This document shows, one piece after another, positions 1 through 11,088 of a stretch of 64,000 nucleotides of DNA. The position numbers were made by a program, and so were the translations under genes. How positions within the stretch are numbered: position 1 is the stretch's first letter; every line of letters starts with the position of its first letter. The stretch is from an uncultured bacterium (GTDB taxonomy: Bacteria; CSSED10-310; CAZUFC01), in assembly GCA_964619725.1 (NCBI GenBank), contig CAZUFC010000031.1, forward strand, positions 1,414 through 65,413, read 5' to 3'. Below the pieces are notes generated by a model. It did no database searches. It had not been told where the DNA came from and saw only the letters and a program-made list of their open reading frames with translations.

Positions 1-125
1 TGAGGACCTGTCGGACCTATGGGGCCCGTATCGCCTTGAGGACCTGTCGGACCTATGGGACCCGTGTCGCCCTTAGGGCCTGTCGGACCTATGGGGCCCG
101 TGTCGCCTTGAGGGCCTGTCGGACC
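1..125 (-). repeat. 36-nt tandem repeat encoding the collagen unit GPTGP[QK]GDTGPI (about 3.5 copies visible)
   Basis: Units start at 1, 37, 73 and 109. Differences are mostly synonymous. Confidence 0.9.
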
Positions 126-596
126 CGTCAGTCCTGTCGGGTCTCCTACCCATCGCCCGTTTGAATCGATCACTTCTCCGAATCCTGTTATGCTTACAGT
201 CTCCGGATGAATGTTTTGTCCGTAAACATCGCCTGCATTAAGCGCCTGTCCGGCGCTTGTAAGTTTCTGCCTGGGATATAAAGTCTCTCCATCCACTGTC
301 GTTTCGAGCCAGTACACGCCACTGAAATCAAAATCTATCGGATTAATCTCACCCAATTGGATGTTAAACAATCCCTCGACCACAGAGATTGCGGGCTGCG
401 CCTCACTCCATACGACGTTTCCGCCCAGGTCGGAATCATATATCGCAAAATCAAAATCAAATATACCTGAAAGTGAATTCCCGTCCGCATCGGTTAACTT
501 ACCTTGATAATTAATCATTTCAGGTATTTCACCTCGAACGGAATCAAACGTCGCCATCATGCATAAAATAACAGCTAAAATCATTTTACCTTTCAC
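1..596 (-). CDS. Secreted collagen-like fibre protein (5' part; continues beyond the left edge). Not in the ORF track.
   Basis: Read manually: RBS AGGAGGAGG, GTG at 596, [22 protein letters not shown] signal peptide, N-terminal domain [15 protein letters not shown]...WSE...GLFNIQLG...[17 protein letters not shown], then Gly-X-Y repeats GPTGP[QK]GDTGPI. No stop before position 1. Confidence 0.88.
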   Translation of the reverse strand, partial: MKGKMILAVILCMMATFDSVRGEIPEMINYQGKLTDADGNSLSGIFDFDFAIYDSDLGGNVVWSEAQPAISVVEGLFNIQLGEINPIDFDFSGVYWLETTVDGETLYPRQKLTSAGQALNAGDVYGQNIHPETVSITGFGEVIDSNGRWVGDPTGLTGPTGPQGDTGPIGPTGPKGDTGPIGPTGPQGDTGPIGPTGP

Positions 597-917
597 TTCA
601 ACCTCCTCCTTTGTTTCATTTTTTACTCTGATTCCTTCTTAAATTATCCCCTTTCACTTGACTCCCGGAAAACGAGGGATTGCCTGTTATATCCCTCTTT
701 GTTTTTATACTGTTCCAGAAATTATTGTCAAAGCGCCCGATCGGTCAGAAATTCAAAAAAAGCGTCTTGAAGGCACGGTTGATCGTTCTGGTTTGATCCA
801 GCAGCGTATGAAATTTGACTCAACTTGCAATTCGCTCGTAAATTCACTAAAGTTTTTACGGGTTCTCACCGGGCAAGAGGCGGGAACGCTCCTGTATTTA
901 ATCACTGGAGGAAATCG

Positions 918-3857
918 ATGAGGAGTTTGGGGGCAATAATATTATTGATTTTGTGGACATCAGCGGGGTATTCGGGATCGGTGCACACGACATATTTATG
1001 GCACATGCATCAACCGATCTATTGGCCTGATGCGAGCCAGTGGGAAGCGGGGACGTATCAGAAGGCGTATGAATCAATTTATTGGAAGCAGAACGGAGGC
1101 AACGTTTATCCGGGTTCGTCCGGTTCTCACCCTTTCAATGATCTGGACCAGATATTCAGCAAAGACGATCGCATTGCGGATTATCAGTATTATCCGCGCA
1201 ATGCGCTGTCGGCGGTGTGGGATGTGCCGGATTGCGGGGCCCAGGTGAGTTTTGCGGCATCTCTCATTGAGAACATATCCTCTTTGTCCGAAGCCGGCTG
1301 GCACGGCGGCGCGTACGGCGGTGACTGGCGCTCAGATTACCGGGAAGCTGCATTATGGACCACATCAAACGGAAAGCCGCGTCTGGATTTAGTCGGAGTC
1401 GGCGCTCATCACGCCGTGAATCCGCTCATCGATCCGCTTGCCTTAAGGAAAGAAATTCAGGTACAAAAAGCGGCCCGCCAATGGTTGTGGCCGGATATTC
1501 CTGAGACGCACGGTTTTTTTCCTGCTGAGACCTGTTTCAGCGAGCGAATGATACCTGTGCTGGTTCAGGAGGGCTACGAGTGGGTATTCGTTCCTAACAT
1601 ACACATTTCCAGGGCCTGCACGGATTATCCTTTTGAAGCTATGGGCGACAATATTGATCCTCCGAATCCAGCCGATCAGATCAACGGCGCCGGCGGGGAA
1701 TATTTTGAACTGACTATTCCTCGCGGCGTAACGACCCGCAATGCGGTTCCCCTGGCTTACCGTCCGCACACCATACAGTATGTCGACCCTTACAGCGGTT
1801 TCATAAGCCGTATGATCGCGGTTCCGACGGCCCAGGGAATGAGCTGGAATGAAGGATACGGTCCGTACGGATTCGGTGAGATAGACCAGGTCGCGTGGGC
1901 TTCGACGCCTGAGAATCCTTTGTTGGTTGTTTTTGCGCATGACGGGGATAATGCCTATTCAGGCGGTTATTCCTATTACAATGAAAATGTGCCTAATTTC
2001 TGTCATCAGGCTCAGAATCTGGGTCATCATCCCACCACAGTCGATCAGTACCTGGCCGATAATCCGGTTGATCCGCAAGACGTAGTGCACGTCGAGGACG
2101 GCGGCTGGGTGAATGCGGACGGCGATTTCGGTTCTCCTCAATATATAAACTGGAACTGGCCCCTGGTCGATGCGTCCGGACAGTTCGATATTCCGGCAGG
2201 ATGGGCGGAAGACCAACGTAACTGGGCAGTCATAACTGCCGCTCACTCATTCGTCGAAACCGCCGAACAGATGGCCGGCCCCTCACGCGCTCATCAGATT
2301 TTCAGACCTCAGGATGGAGGGACAGACCTGGAAAAAGCCTGGCATTTTTATCTTTCCGCTCTGGAATCGGGTTATATGTATTACGGATCGAGCCTGGACA
2401 TGGAAGTAAAAGCGACCTTCGCCTGTAATCATGCGGTCTCCTACGCTCAGCAGTCGATGAATTCCGCTGACGACCCTGACGAAACGGGACCGGCGATATG
2501 GTTGCCGCAACGTTTGCCCTGGAATCCCGGCGGCATGGGTATGGGATCGTTGTGGAATTATGAATATATCTCGATGGACCGCGATTTTTACGTCTGGACT
2601 TTCGTGCACGATCCGAATGGAGTAACCGATGTAAAACTATACATAAGAGTGGACGACGACGGGGTTAATCCTTTGAACACCACCGTCAATGAAACTTTCG
2701 CCGGCGGGCTCGGAGTCGGAGATTGGATCGAAATGCCCATGAACTGGCGGGATTTCCCTGCAGAAGATATTTTTAATGATCCTGAAATCGATTTCTTCGT
2801 TTTACCCGATTATATCGCCGATGAATACTGGGTCCTGGTCGAAGGATATGAAAACGTGCTGCTGGATTATTTCGTAGAAGCGGAAGACAGCCTGGGCAAC
2901 ATCGACCGCTCACCCATTCAGCACGTCTATGTCGGCGATCAGAACAATCCTCAAACCGGCGTTTCCTGGGAACCTGAGAATCCGACATATATGGATGTGA
3001 TCACCATAACCGTCCATGATCCGGGACAGGGCGGATGGTTGCACTGGGGCGTCAACGCGGACGGAAATGACTGGGAAACGCCTCATACGGCATACTGGCC
3101 GCCCGGAACCGAACTGTTCCAGGGCGCCGGACCGGCAGTGGAGACCGAATTAGAAGGTCCCGATGAAAACGACGATTATTCAATCGAAATCGGACCTTTC
3201 AACGACCCCGTCCAGACCGTCGAAACGGTGGATTTCGTCATACATTTTTACGACGACACCTGGGACAACAATAACGACAATGATTATCACATTACCGTAT
3301 CGCCGTTTACACCAACGCCTTCCCCTACGCCTTCGCCTTCCCCTACGCCCACAATCTTTCCCACAAGAACGCCATATCCGACAAAAACAGACACCCCCAC
3401 GCCCGATCCATCCTCTTCTCCAACTCAGACAAATACTCCCTACCCCACAGCCACGCCTTCCCCGGCTCCCGGAGAAGCCGTCATATTCCTCAATCTCAAC
3501 AAATCCTGGTTCAAAGCAGAAGACAGACTCATACTTACCAGGACTATTGCGAATCCAAACCAGACGCCTGTTCCATGCTCACAGTGGATCGCCCTGGAAG
3601 TCCTCGGCTCCTTCTATTTCTATCCCTCCTGGACTACAACGCCTGAATCTGAATCCTTTACGCTTCCGCCCTTTTACGTCGATGCTGTGCAGGTCCTGAA
3701 CATTCTGCTGCCGGATGAAATCTCTCCCGGCGGTCCATACTTCTTTCACGCTCTCCTTACAGACAGCGAAACCGGGGCCGTCGTATCCAAACTTGACAGC
3801 GAGGTCTTCGGATTCTACCAGTCATTCTCTAACTCTCATCAATCTTTTCCGCAATGA
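918..3857 (+). CDS. Secreted GH57-like alpha-glucan hydrolase with putative starch-binding module, Pro/Thr linker and conserved C-terminal domain
   Basis: GGAGG RBS before ATG 918 (track ORF starts at 825); signal peptide; GH57-type motifs [16 protein letters not shown] (nucleophile Glu), AHDGDN (acid/base Asp); CBM-like LHWGVN...[12 protein letters not shown] linker. Confidence 0.8.
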   Translation: MRSLGAIILLILWTSAGYSGSVHTTYLWHMHQPIYWPDASQWEAGTYQKAYESIYWKQNGGNVYPGSSGSHPFNDLDQIFSKDDRIADYQYYPRNALSAVWDVPDCGAQVSFAASLIENISSLSEAGWHGGAYGGDWRSDYREAALWTTSNGKPRLDLVGVGAHHAVNPLIDPLALRKEIQVQKAARQWLWPDIPETHGFFPAETCFSERMIPVLVQEGYEWVFVPNIHISRACTDYPFEAMGDNIDPPNPADQINGAGGEYFELTIPRGVTTRNAVPLAYRPHTIQYVDPYSGFISRMIAVPTAQGMSWNEGYGPYGFGEIDQVAWASTPENPLLVVFAHDGDNAYSGGYSYYNENVPNFCHQAQNLGHHPTTVDQYLADNPVDPQDVVHVEDGGWVNADGDFGSPQYINWNWPLVDASGQFDIPAGWAEDQRNWAVITAAHSFVETAEQMAGPSRAHQIFRPQDGGTDLEKAWHFYLSALESGYMYYGSSLDMEVKATFACNHAVSYAQQSMNSADDPDETGPAIWLPQRLPWNPGGMGMGSLWNYEYISMDRDFYVWTFVHDPNGVTDVKLYIRVDDDGVNPLNTTVNETFAGGLGVGDWIEMPMNWRDFPAEDIFNDPEIDFFVLPDYIADEYWVLVEGYENVLLDYFVEAEDSLGNIDRSPIQHVYVGDQNNPQTGVSWEPENPTYMDVITITVHDPGQGGWLHWGVNADGNDWETPHTAYWPPGTELFQGAGPAVETELEGPDENDDYSIEIGPFNDPVQTVETVDFVIHFYDDTWDNNNDNDYHITVSPFTPTPSPTPSPSPTPTIFPTRTPYPTKTDTPTPDPSSSPTQTNTPYPTATPSPAPGEAVIFLNLNKSWFKAEDRLILTRTIANPNQTPVPCSQWIALEVLGSFYFYPSWTTTPESESFTLPPFYVDAVQVLNILLPDEISPGGPYFFHALLTDSETGAVVSKLDSEVFGFYQSFSNSHQSFPQ

Positions 3858-3963
3858 TGACTGAATTCAAACCGCTTAAATTATACCCCTCTTTTTCGTC
3901 TCAACTTTAAATGTAATTTCATTCATCAAATCTCATCATCATCAATTCTTTAAAGGAGTAATC

Positions 3964-4530
3964 ATGTATAACAAATGGAAAAAGGAACCGATTGAATTGC
4001 CCTTCTCTGACCTTCCCCAAAATCTCTCCTCTATGGACGGGTTGTTTCCGGTTGAAGTAATGTTCGATCAGGACATCGGCAAAGAAATAACGCTTTTTCT
4101 CATCGATTCCACCCCCTTCGTCGATGAGCTGGCTGAATTGAATCCTTTCAATCTCATGATGAAATCGGGACTCGCCGAAACTTCCTACGGTCCTCTTCTC
4201 TATCACCTTTTCTATATTCCCGACCCTGAAACCCAGGATGAACTCTACGCCGCATACGACATCCATTCAAATCCGCTGGATGAGGAACATATTGAAATCT
4301 GGAAACGGCTGGCCGATCAGTCGCACCTGCATCTCATACTCGTCGGCACCGAACACAAAATAGTGCAGGTCTATGAATTCGAAAACCTCTTCGATGTGGA
4401 TGAAACCCTATCCCTCATTGAAACTCTTAAGGGAAAAAAAGACGATGTTTCTTTCGAAAAAGCTAAACAGGAATTTACCTCCCAATACGGCGTCCTGGAC
4501 CTTTTTAAACTGCCCGGCTTCTCTGAATGA
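3964..4530 (+). CDS. Hypothetical acidic cytoplasmic protein
   Basis: 188-aa ORF with AAGGAG RBS; no family recognised. Confidence 0.75.
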   Translation: MYNKWKKEPIELPFSDLPQNLSSMDGLFPVEVMFDQDIGKEITLFLIDSTPFVDELAELNPFNLMMKSGLAETSYGPLLYHLFYIPDPETQDELYAAYDIHSNPLDEEHIEIWKRLADQSHLHLILVGTEHKIVQVYEFENLFDVDETLSLIETLKGKKDDVSFEKAKQEFTSQYGVLDLFKLPGFSE

Positions 4531-4554
4531 AAAACCTGCTGCCCCCTGTCCGGG

Positions 4555-4621
4555 ATAGCTAGTGGCTGTCCAGCATTAAATTTTGAATCGAGATTCGAGT
4601 TTATGGACAGGCACTAGCTAT
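4555..4621. repeat. 18-bp inverted repeat / long hairpin (terminator or MITE-like remnant)
   Basis: ATAGCTAGTGGCTGTCCA (4555-4572) versus TGGACAGGCACTAGCTAT (4604-4621), 1 mismatch; inner GAATC-GA-GATTC stem. Confidence 0.7.
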
Positions 4622-5242
4622 TCAAAATTCTCCTGTTTTTATCGTCACGGATTTTATATTTTTTTTTGTCTCTTTTGTGAAATTAAAACGTTTATCTATA
4701 TAGAAGGGCGCTGCTGACAAGAGCGCTCTCCGGCAAAAGCTTTCCGACGGATTGATGGGAATGTTCCGTTCGGAACGCTTCATTGAAGCTTTAAAAAAGA
4801 TCAGCCTCAAGTCTCACTACAGGCTGACGAAATTAAGGAGAAGCCTGTTTACGGAACGTCTGAAATGGAATCGGCAGTAAACAGAAAAAAAACAAAATGG
4901 AACATTCGCCGTAATGTATTTAACAACGAAGGTTCAACAGGCGATTTTGAGGGACAAAAGTGAAACGTTTGTCAGGGCGTGTCGAAAATGGGGTGAATCG
5001 ACCGGATCAGGGGTTCTCAATGAAAACGATCCATAATCGTCCGATAAATGCTTCAAATCGCATAACGGCATTCGACGCCGGCCAAAACATCACAAAAATG
5101 CGAAAAACGAAGGATAAGACAACACATTCGGGAATCGGACAAAACTCGTTTACAGCGTTGTTGTAGCGGGCTTCTTTTTAACCTCATTCCTGACGGCGGC
5201 GGTCAGCAGGTATTAGCCATCCAGCCTCCGGCATCCGCCTTC

Positions 5243-5271
5243 TTGACTTTTATAAATCTGACTATTAAATT
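5243..5271 (+). promoter_or_regulatory. Putative sigma70 promoter for the glycosylation cluster
   Basis: TTGACT-17 nt-TAAATT just upstream of the 5290/5320 start. Confidence 0.4.
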
Positions 5272-5289
5272 GGCAGACCTGAATAATCC

Positions 5290-6570
5290 TTGGAACCGAC
5301 ATCACAAGGACGGAATAAGATGACTTATGAGCGGAAAATGAAAAGCTACGATTTAGACCTGGAATTCAATCGCGGACGCTTGACTTTTTACAGTGAGGAG
5401 AAGCGGTTAACGGGCGGAAGAGGTATGTTCTGTTACTTCAAATGTTTGGAAGGGATAAACTTTTCGACGGAAGCGGACTGGAAGATACTCGAATCCGAAG
5501 ATGACCGTTTTTTAGCGGAAGGCAGGCTGTTTTTTCTTCCTGGGACCCTGGAATGGAAGATAAGGAAATTAGTTCAAGGCGGATTCGATATATTCATTAA
5601 TTTGAGGCTGGAGGACAATATCCGAATCATCACGGCGGGCACAAATATTCAGATTGACCCGGGATATCACGGTTGGTCGTCAGGAGACTGGCGTGCGGCA
5701 TTTCCCGGTTTTGCTCCCTTTGAGCAGGAATTGTGGAGGGGTTTCCCGCCCAGGGATTATTTATCCGTGACTGCGCCAGGCTCAGGATTGCCCGATTTTC
5801 GTGTAACAGTAAATAAGAACAGTCCTTTGAAAGAGACGAGAACCTTGGTAATGTCTCCCCGGTCAAACTGCCGTACTTTCGATTTCATAAGGTTTGAGGG
5901 CGACAATAAACCGGTTGAAATCGCCGAGGGTCAATATCGGTTTTTCAGCGGCACAGTCAGGTTAAAGCAGGAGAATCCGGAACCTTTTTACTATCCACGG
6001 GACCTCTTCAGCCAGGGCCCTGTAGCGAAAATCATGGTCGTATCGAAAACCGATACGGATCATACGATGCATTTCATAGAGCGGTTCCGCAAAAGCATTC
6101 CAAAAATCTGGAAAGACGACCGTTTTCAGTTGCCGGAAGTGATATGCATTCTTCCTGCCAAGCAAATTGCCGAAGCGCGGGAACTGGAAAACGTGCATTT
6201 TGAACCGGAACCGTCTGATGTTTTTACCCTGAAAAGAAAACTGACGGCAAATTACGGAAAACAATCAATCGATTTTTTCGCTCAGACGACTGACCGCATA
6301 GATGATCGTTTCGGGCTTCGTTCCAATCTTCTTGCAGCGGTTCTGGGCGTCCGTTATAAAATGAAGTATGATCGCGCCGGATGCAATATGTTTCTGGCGA
6401 ATTCCCCGAAAACAATCATAATGCGCAAGTTGCAGAGAATTGAAAGCATTATGAAGCGCACGCTGGTAAAAATAGTCAAGATAATACAGTTTTTACTGGT
6501 GATATCAGTTTTTCCGTTTTTAGCGTTGTGGGAATTTTTCAAAACGAGAACAAGGGTCCGGAAGGGATAA
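5290..6570 (+). CDS. Hypothetical protein with a C-terminal membrane segment, first gene of the glycosylation cluster
   Basis: 426-aa ORF (alternative ATG at 5320); beta-rich N-terminal half; hydrophobic IIQFLLVISVFPFLALW near the C-terminus; 3 nt from the next gene. Confidence 0.7.
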   Translation: MEPTSQGRNKMTYERKMKSYDLDLEFNRGRLTFYSEEKRLTGGRGMFCYFKCLEGINFSTEADWKILESEDDRFLAEGRLFFLPGTLEWKIRKLVQGGFDIFINLRLEDNIRIITAGTNIQIDPGYHGWSSGDWRAAFPGFAPFEQELWRGFPPRDYLSVTAPGSGLPDFRVTVNKNSPLKETRTLVMSPRSNCRTFDFIRFEGDNKPVEIAEGQYRFFSGTVRLKQENPEPFYYPRDLFSQGPVAKIMVVSKTDTDHTMHFIERFRKSIPKIWKDDRFQLPEVICILPAKQIAEARELENVHFEPEPSDVFTLKRKLTANYGKQSIDFFAQTTDRIDDRFGLRSNLLAAVLGVRYKMKYDRAGCNMFLANSPKTIIMRKLQRIESIMKRTLVKIVKIIQFLLVISVFPFLALWEFFKTRTRVRKG

Positions 6571-6573
6571 GAG

Positions 6574-7956
6574 ATGAGGATATTTCTCGGAAACGCACCC
6601 TGGAGAAAAAAAGGCCGTATAGGAGTAAGGGCCGGTTCCCGGTGGCCTTTCACTTTAAAAGTCAATTACGGGACGGAAGTCTCTCATTACGTCACGTTTC
6701 CTTTTTTTCTTGCTTACTCAACGTCGGTTTTGAGGGAAGCCGGTCATGAGGCTATGCTCGTAGACGCCATCGCTGAAGGCAATGATATAGACCTTTTTCT
6801 TAAGAGGGCTGAGAATTTCGGACCGCGAATAATGGCGCTGGAGACCTCCACTCCCACGATCAATGTTGACCTTGAGATCGCCCGGAAGGCGAAACGCCTG
6901 CTGGGAAAAGATACCCTGATAGCCCTGGTGGGGCCTCATGTGAGCGTTATGAAAGGCCGTCTGCTCAATGAAGCGCCTTTTGTGGACTTCATTCTGATCG
7001 GCGAGTATGAAATGACGCTCAGAGAGCTGGCTGATACTCTGGAGAAGGGCGGCAAGCCTGATAAAATACTGGGAATCGTTTACCGTGATGAAACAGGCGC
7101 TGTCAGAGAGAATCCCAGGCGACCCGTCATCATGGACCTGGACTCGCTTCCCCGTCCGGCTTATGACCAGCTTCCCATGTATAATTACAACGATAATTTT
7201 TCGGTGATCGAATTTCCCAACGTCCAGATATGGACGAGTCGCGGCTGCCCGTACAACTGCATCTTCTGCATGTGGCCCGCCGTGATGTACGGCAATCATC
7301 GCTACCGGACCAGGGACCCGGTTAAAGTTGCGGATGAAATTGAATGGCTGATAAACAATTACGGATTCAAAGCGATCTATATCGACGACGATACTTTTAA
7401 CCTCGGTAAAAAGCGTCTGTTGAAGTTCTGCGATGAAATGATCAACCGGGAACTCAACGTCCAATGGGCGGCGATGGCTCGAGCCGATACCATGGATGAG
7501 GAAGTGATAGAGGCTATGGCGAAAGCCGGGCTGGTCGGGATAAAATATGGAGTCGAATCCGCTTCGCAGGAAATAATCGACAGGTCAGGCAAGCGTCTGA
7601 ACCTGGACAAGGTTGAAAAAACCATAGAAGCCACGAAACGTCTCGGAATCAAGGTTCACTTGACGTTCACTTTCGGCTTGCCCGGAGAAACAAAGGAAAC
7701 CATTAAAAAAACCATCGAATATTCAATGGATAAACAGGTTCACAGCGTACAATTTTCCATCGCCACGCCTTTCCCGGGAACAGAATTTTTCAAATATGCA
7801 AAAGAAAACGGGTATCTGCTTTCAGAAAACTGGGACGACTTTGACGGATTCCGCAACGCGGTCGTCAGAACTAAAGAATTGACGCCTGAAGATTTGCAGG
7901 AAGCCCTGGAAACCGCCGTATCAACCTGGTGGTCTAAAAGAGAATTATGGGTTTGA
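6574..7956 (+). CDS. B12-binding-domain radical SAM protein (HpnJ-like / class B type)
   Basis: N-terminal cobalamin-binding domain (VGPHVS, GEYE); SRGCPYNCIFC CxxxCxxC motif; YGVES; FGLPGET; TPFPGT. Confidence 0.92.
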   Translation: MRIFLGNAPWRKKGRIGVRAGSRWPFTLKVNYGTEVSHYVTFPFFLAYSTSVLREAGHEAMLVDAIAEGNDIDLFLKRAENFGPRIMALETSTPTINVDLEIARKAKRLLGKDTLIALVGPHVSVMKGRLLNEAPFVDFILIGEYEMTLRELADTLEKGGKPDKILGIVYRDETGAVRENPRRPVIMDLDSLPRPAYDQLPMYNYNDNFSVIEFPNVQIWTSRGCPYNCIFCMWPAVMYGNHRYRTRDPVKVADEIEWLINNYGFKAIYIDDDTFNLGKKRLLKFCDEMINRELNVQWAAMARADTMDEEVIEAMAKAGLVGIKYGVESASQEIIDRSGKRLNLDKVEKTIEATKRLGIKVHLTFTFGLPGETKETIKKTIEYSMDKQVHSVQFSIATPFPGTEFFKYAKENGYLLSENWDDFDGFRNAVVRTKELTPEDLQEALETAVSTWWSKRELWV

Positions 7957-7977
7957 TGCAGCCGGATACCCGGTCAA

Positions 7978-9252
7978 ATGGGGATTGAGCGAAAAATGAA
8001 ATTGGCGGTGGTCGATATGGCCTTTAACTGGCCTCCTCGCGGCGGAGCGACCGTCGACATTAAAGAAACGGCCTCCCGGCTGACCGGACATGGATATGAC
8101 GTGAAACTTTTCGTTCCCGCTGTCACAAGGAAAGGCAGGACCATTACCTACTGGGGCGACAGAAATCAAAGAATAGACGCGGACGCCCTGCAGTTCGATA
8201 TCGAAACCATTCCTGTTCCGCTTCGATACTATAATCCGCTTATCTTCGTCCCCAAATTGAAAAACAGCATCGAAAAATTCAATCCGGATCGCGTCCTCAT
8301 AGGAGACAGTTATCTCATCAAACCCTTCCTGGCATGGGGACTCAGAGAATTCCAATACACACTCCGTTTCTACTCCTACGAAACTCTTTGCTTCAATTAC
8401 AACCAGGGACTCCCCCGAAGAAAAATTCCCAAACGCTGCCATACGACTTCACTGCAATCCCCGTTGCGTTGCGCTTATTGCCTCTGGCGGGACGTTATGA
8501 TGCAGGATTACAAGGACCTTTTCCGGTTCGAATTTCTCGTTTCAGGCGCCTTCCTTCCCGGATACCGGAGATTATTCATTAAAACATTGCGTTCAGCGAA
8601 ATCGATCATCGTCTATAACGAATTGATCAAGAATATGTTGCAACCTTACAATGATAATATTTTCATTATACCGTCCGGAGTTGACCCGGAACGCTTCAAA
8701 CCGGTTGAACCGGATTCTTCTCCTGATCATTCGAAAGAAGATAAAGTCACAATTCTCATGTCAGGAAGAATAGACGATGCCGCCAAAGGCGGCCCGATAC
8801 TCATTGAAGCCTGTCGTAAACTCAGACGAAACAGAAATGATTTTCGCTTATTGCTCACTTCAAACTTTGAATTTCAAGAGGATTTTATTGAAACCACAGG
8901 ATGGGTGAATCAGGAAGAATTAATCGGCATACTGCAAAAGGCCGATATTGCGGCAGCGCCTTCCGTATGGAATGAAGCGCTGGGGATAAGCGTGATTGAG
9001 GCTATGTCCTGCGGCGTTCCCGTCGTTGCATCCGAACTTGCCGGACACTGCATTACCGTCATCGACAACGTCACGGGTCTTTTCTTCAAACCGGGCGATG
9101 CCGGTGATCTCGCCGAAAAACTGGACATGCTTATCGATGATCCTCAACTCAGAACCGACCTGGGCAAAGCAGCCAGAAAACGGGCCGTTAACGAATTCGC
9201 CTGGGAAAAAATCATTAAAAGACATTATATCGAAGGAGTTTTCAAAAATTAA
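7978..9252 (+). CDS. Glycosyltransferase family 4 (GT-B)
   Basis: PPRGGA, IPSGVD, GRIDDAAKG, PSVWNEALGISVIEAMSCGVPVVAS. Confidence 0.93.
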   Translation: MGIERKMKLAVVDMAFNWPPRGGATVDIKETASRLTGHGYDVKLFVPAVTRKGRTITYWGDRNQRIDADALQFDIETIPVPLRYYNPLIFVPKLKNSIEKFNPDRVLIGDSYLIKPFLAWGLREFQYTLRFYSYETLCFNYNQGLPRRKIPKRCHTTSLQSPLRCAYCLWRDVMMQDYKDLFRFEFLVSGAFLPGYRRLFIKTLRSAKSIIVYNELIKNMLQPYNDNIFIIPSGVDPERFKPVEPDSSPDHSKEDKVTILMSGRIDDAAKGGPILIEACRKLRRNRNDFRLLLTSNFEFQEDFIETTGWVNQEELIGILQKADIAAAPSVWNEALGISVIEAMSCGVPVVASELAGHCITVIDNVTGLFFKPGDAGDLAEKLDMLIDDPQLRTDLGKAARKRAVNEFAWEKIIKRHYIEGVFKN

Positions 9253-9296
9253 TCCGCCCTGCGAATCCAAAGACTGATCGTAAAGGAATTAAAACA

Positions 9297-10181
9297 ATGA
9301 AAAATAACGATAGCCCCCATGATAAACGCGTCACGGTTTATATTCCTGCTTACAATGTGGAACATTACCTGGAAAAATGCCTGGAAGGAGTCAAGAAACA
9401 GACATATACCCCTGAACGGATCGTGGTGGTAAATGACGGTTCAAAAGACCGCTCCGAAGAAATCGCCCGCGATATGGGCGCACAAGTCATCAATCACGAA
9501 AAGAATCTGGGGCTCTCCACAGCGCGTAATACGGCTTTCAGTACTATTGACTCCCCTTTTATCGCTACCCTTGACGCCGATTGCGTCCCGGAACCTGCCT
9601 GGCTCGAAATCCTTATGTCGGAATTCGATTCAGATACCGTCGCCGGAGCAGGAGGAAAACTCATCGAAAGAAATATCGAAAAAACAGCCGACCTGTGGCG
9701 TTCCAGACACATGAAACAGCACTGGGGCGACGATAAAATAACTTCGCCTATGCTGCTGTTCGGAAACAACAATGTCTATCGCCGCCAGGCCGTCCTGGAT
9801 GCCGGCAATTATCCCACTACTCCGGAATTCAGAACCAACAATGAAGATTTTTATATCAGCAGAAGACTCAGAGAACGCGGCATGATCCTGAAATACAACC
9901 CGGCGGCCGTCGTCTATCATTACAGAACAGATACCGTCATGTCGGTCTATCGGACCAACTGGAACTGGTTCATCCTCTCAAAAATCGCCCCCGATTCCGT
10001 CACTAACATGTTCAGAAAAATGAAAGACAATGTCTGGTGGAGCGTTCAATACATGAAAAACGACGTGGGCAAAAAAGACTGGAGACTTCTCCCAGTCAGC
10101 TTCGGATACGCTTTCAGTCAAACATTGTTCGACCTGAAATTCTACTTCTCACCGGAAGAAAGGAAAAGAGTCCCCCGCTGA
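9297..10181 (+). CDS. Glycosyltransferase family 2 (GT-A)
   Basis: IPAYN, VVNDGSKD, NLGLSTARN, LDAD (DxD), NED. Confidence 0.93.
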   Translation: MKNNDSPHDKRVTVYIPAYNVEHYLEKCLEGVKKQTYTPERIVVVNDGSKDRSEEIARDMGAQVINHEKNLGLSTARNTAFSTIDSPFIATLDADCVPEPAWLEILMSEFDSDTVAGAGGKLIERNIEKTADLWRSRHMKQHWGDDKITSPMLLFGNNNVYRRQAVLDAGNYPTTPEFRTNNEDFYISRRLRERGMILKYNPAAVVYHYRTDTVMSVYRTNWNWFILSKIAPDSVTNMFRKMKDNVWWSVQYMKNDVGKKDWRLLPVSFGYAFSQTLFDLKFYFSPEERKRVPR

Positions 10182-10261
10182 CGCAGATGAGGGGAAGGAC
10201 CGAAGTTTGGTTGGTTGGAAGAGGCGATGGTTGGATGGTTGATTGCGGTTGTAAATAGGGG

Positions 10262-10346
10262 TAGGGGTTCGAAATCGAAACAAAATGATGGCCTATTCTG
10301 TCGAATGGTAACCGCAATAGACCTATTTTAGATCAATGCCCGAATT
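10262..10346 (-). repeat. Dispersed intergenic element, copy A (conserved core, degenerate hexamer tail)
   Basis: Reverse complement reads ATTGATCTAAAAATAG...GGTTACCATTCGACAGAATAGGCCATCATTTTGTTTCGAT, matching the copies at 10710 and 34876. Confidence 0.75.
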
Positions 10347-10608
10347 TCCCAAGTTTGTTTCGATTACGATGTAGATTGAGATAACGACTTAAATCGAAGC
10401 AAAGCGCAGACAGACCGAACAAACACCGGATGAACCGGACGGCGAAAACGCTTAACCAGAAGCCGATGCTTCTTTCTCGCCGCCGGTTATCCATGACCGT
10501 CAGCCTGTTTATCTTTTGTCGTAATCAATGCTATCAGCATTACCCGAATGATCCAATTTTGAATCCTGACCCGCGTTCGCCCAAGAGAGCTTCGGCGCCG
10601 ATCCCAAA

Positions 10609-10651
10609 AGTCCCTTCTGTCCCTTAGGTCCCTTTGTCCCTTTGTCCCTTT
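10609..10651. repeat. Short tandem GTCCCTT(N) repeat, 5 units
   Basis: gtcccttct gtcccttag gtcccttt gtcccttt gtccctt. Confidence 0.75.
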
Positions 10652-10709
10652 CGAAGCTTAAAAAATTCCGGCGCTGATGATACCCGTGTTTCGAGGTTAC
10701 ATTTTTGCC

Positions 10710-10866
10710 ATTGATCAAAGATATTTCTTTTAAGGTTGCAATTCTTCCGAATATCCCGTCATTTTGTTTCGATGTCGATTGCGATACAGACCCCGATACC
10801 GACCCCGATTGCGATACCGATACCGACCCCGATACCGATTGCGACACCGATACCGACCCCGATTAC
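10710..10866 (+). repeat. Dispersed intergenic element, copy B: core plus 16 CGA-hexamers
   Basis: ATTGATCAAAG...TAAGGTTGCAATTCTTCCGAATATCCCGTCATTTTGTTT followed by hexamers CGATAC/CGACCC/CGATTG at 10770-10865. Confidence 0.85.
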
Positions 10867-11088
10867 AAAAACGGAATGTAGCCCGAATCAAAAAAACAGC
10901 ACAGAGTAGGTCAAATAGATTTTTCTGGGTGAGGCTCAGTCGTTGAAGGGGAGAAAAATACCCATATTCCGATGCGACCTGCTTGTCGCGAAGCATGGAC
11001 ATCGGCCTGTCGGGTTTGTTCCTCTTATGAAAACCCAATGCTTATGGGTTTTATATTTCTCCCCTCTTAAGCAGACCGAAAGCGACGT

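Noticed and set aside
1-125. 36-nt repeats as a CRISPR array
   Set aside because: Units are contiguous with no spacers, vary at synonymous positions and encode collagen Gly-X-Y.
658-921. 87-aa ORF and the 825 start of the GH57 gene
   Set aside because: TTG starts without an RBS in a divergent promoter region; GGAGG plus a signal peptide support ATG 918.
4622-5166. Small ORFs or an ncRNA in the 760-bp gap
   Set aside because: No recognisable protein or RNA family features; only short local hairpins.
10509-11038. Track ORFs with SVSGSVS or RYRPRYR repeats (10509-10847, 10730-11038, 10764-10946)
   Set aside because: Artefacts of the stop-free hexamer array, open on both strands; no convincing RBS.
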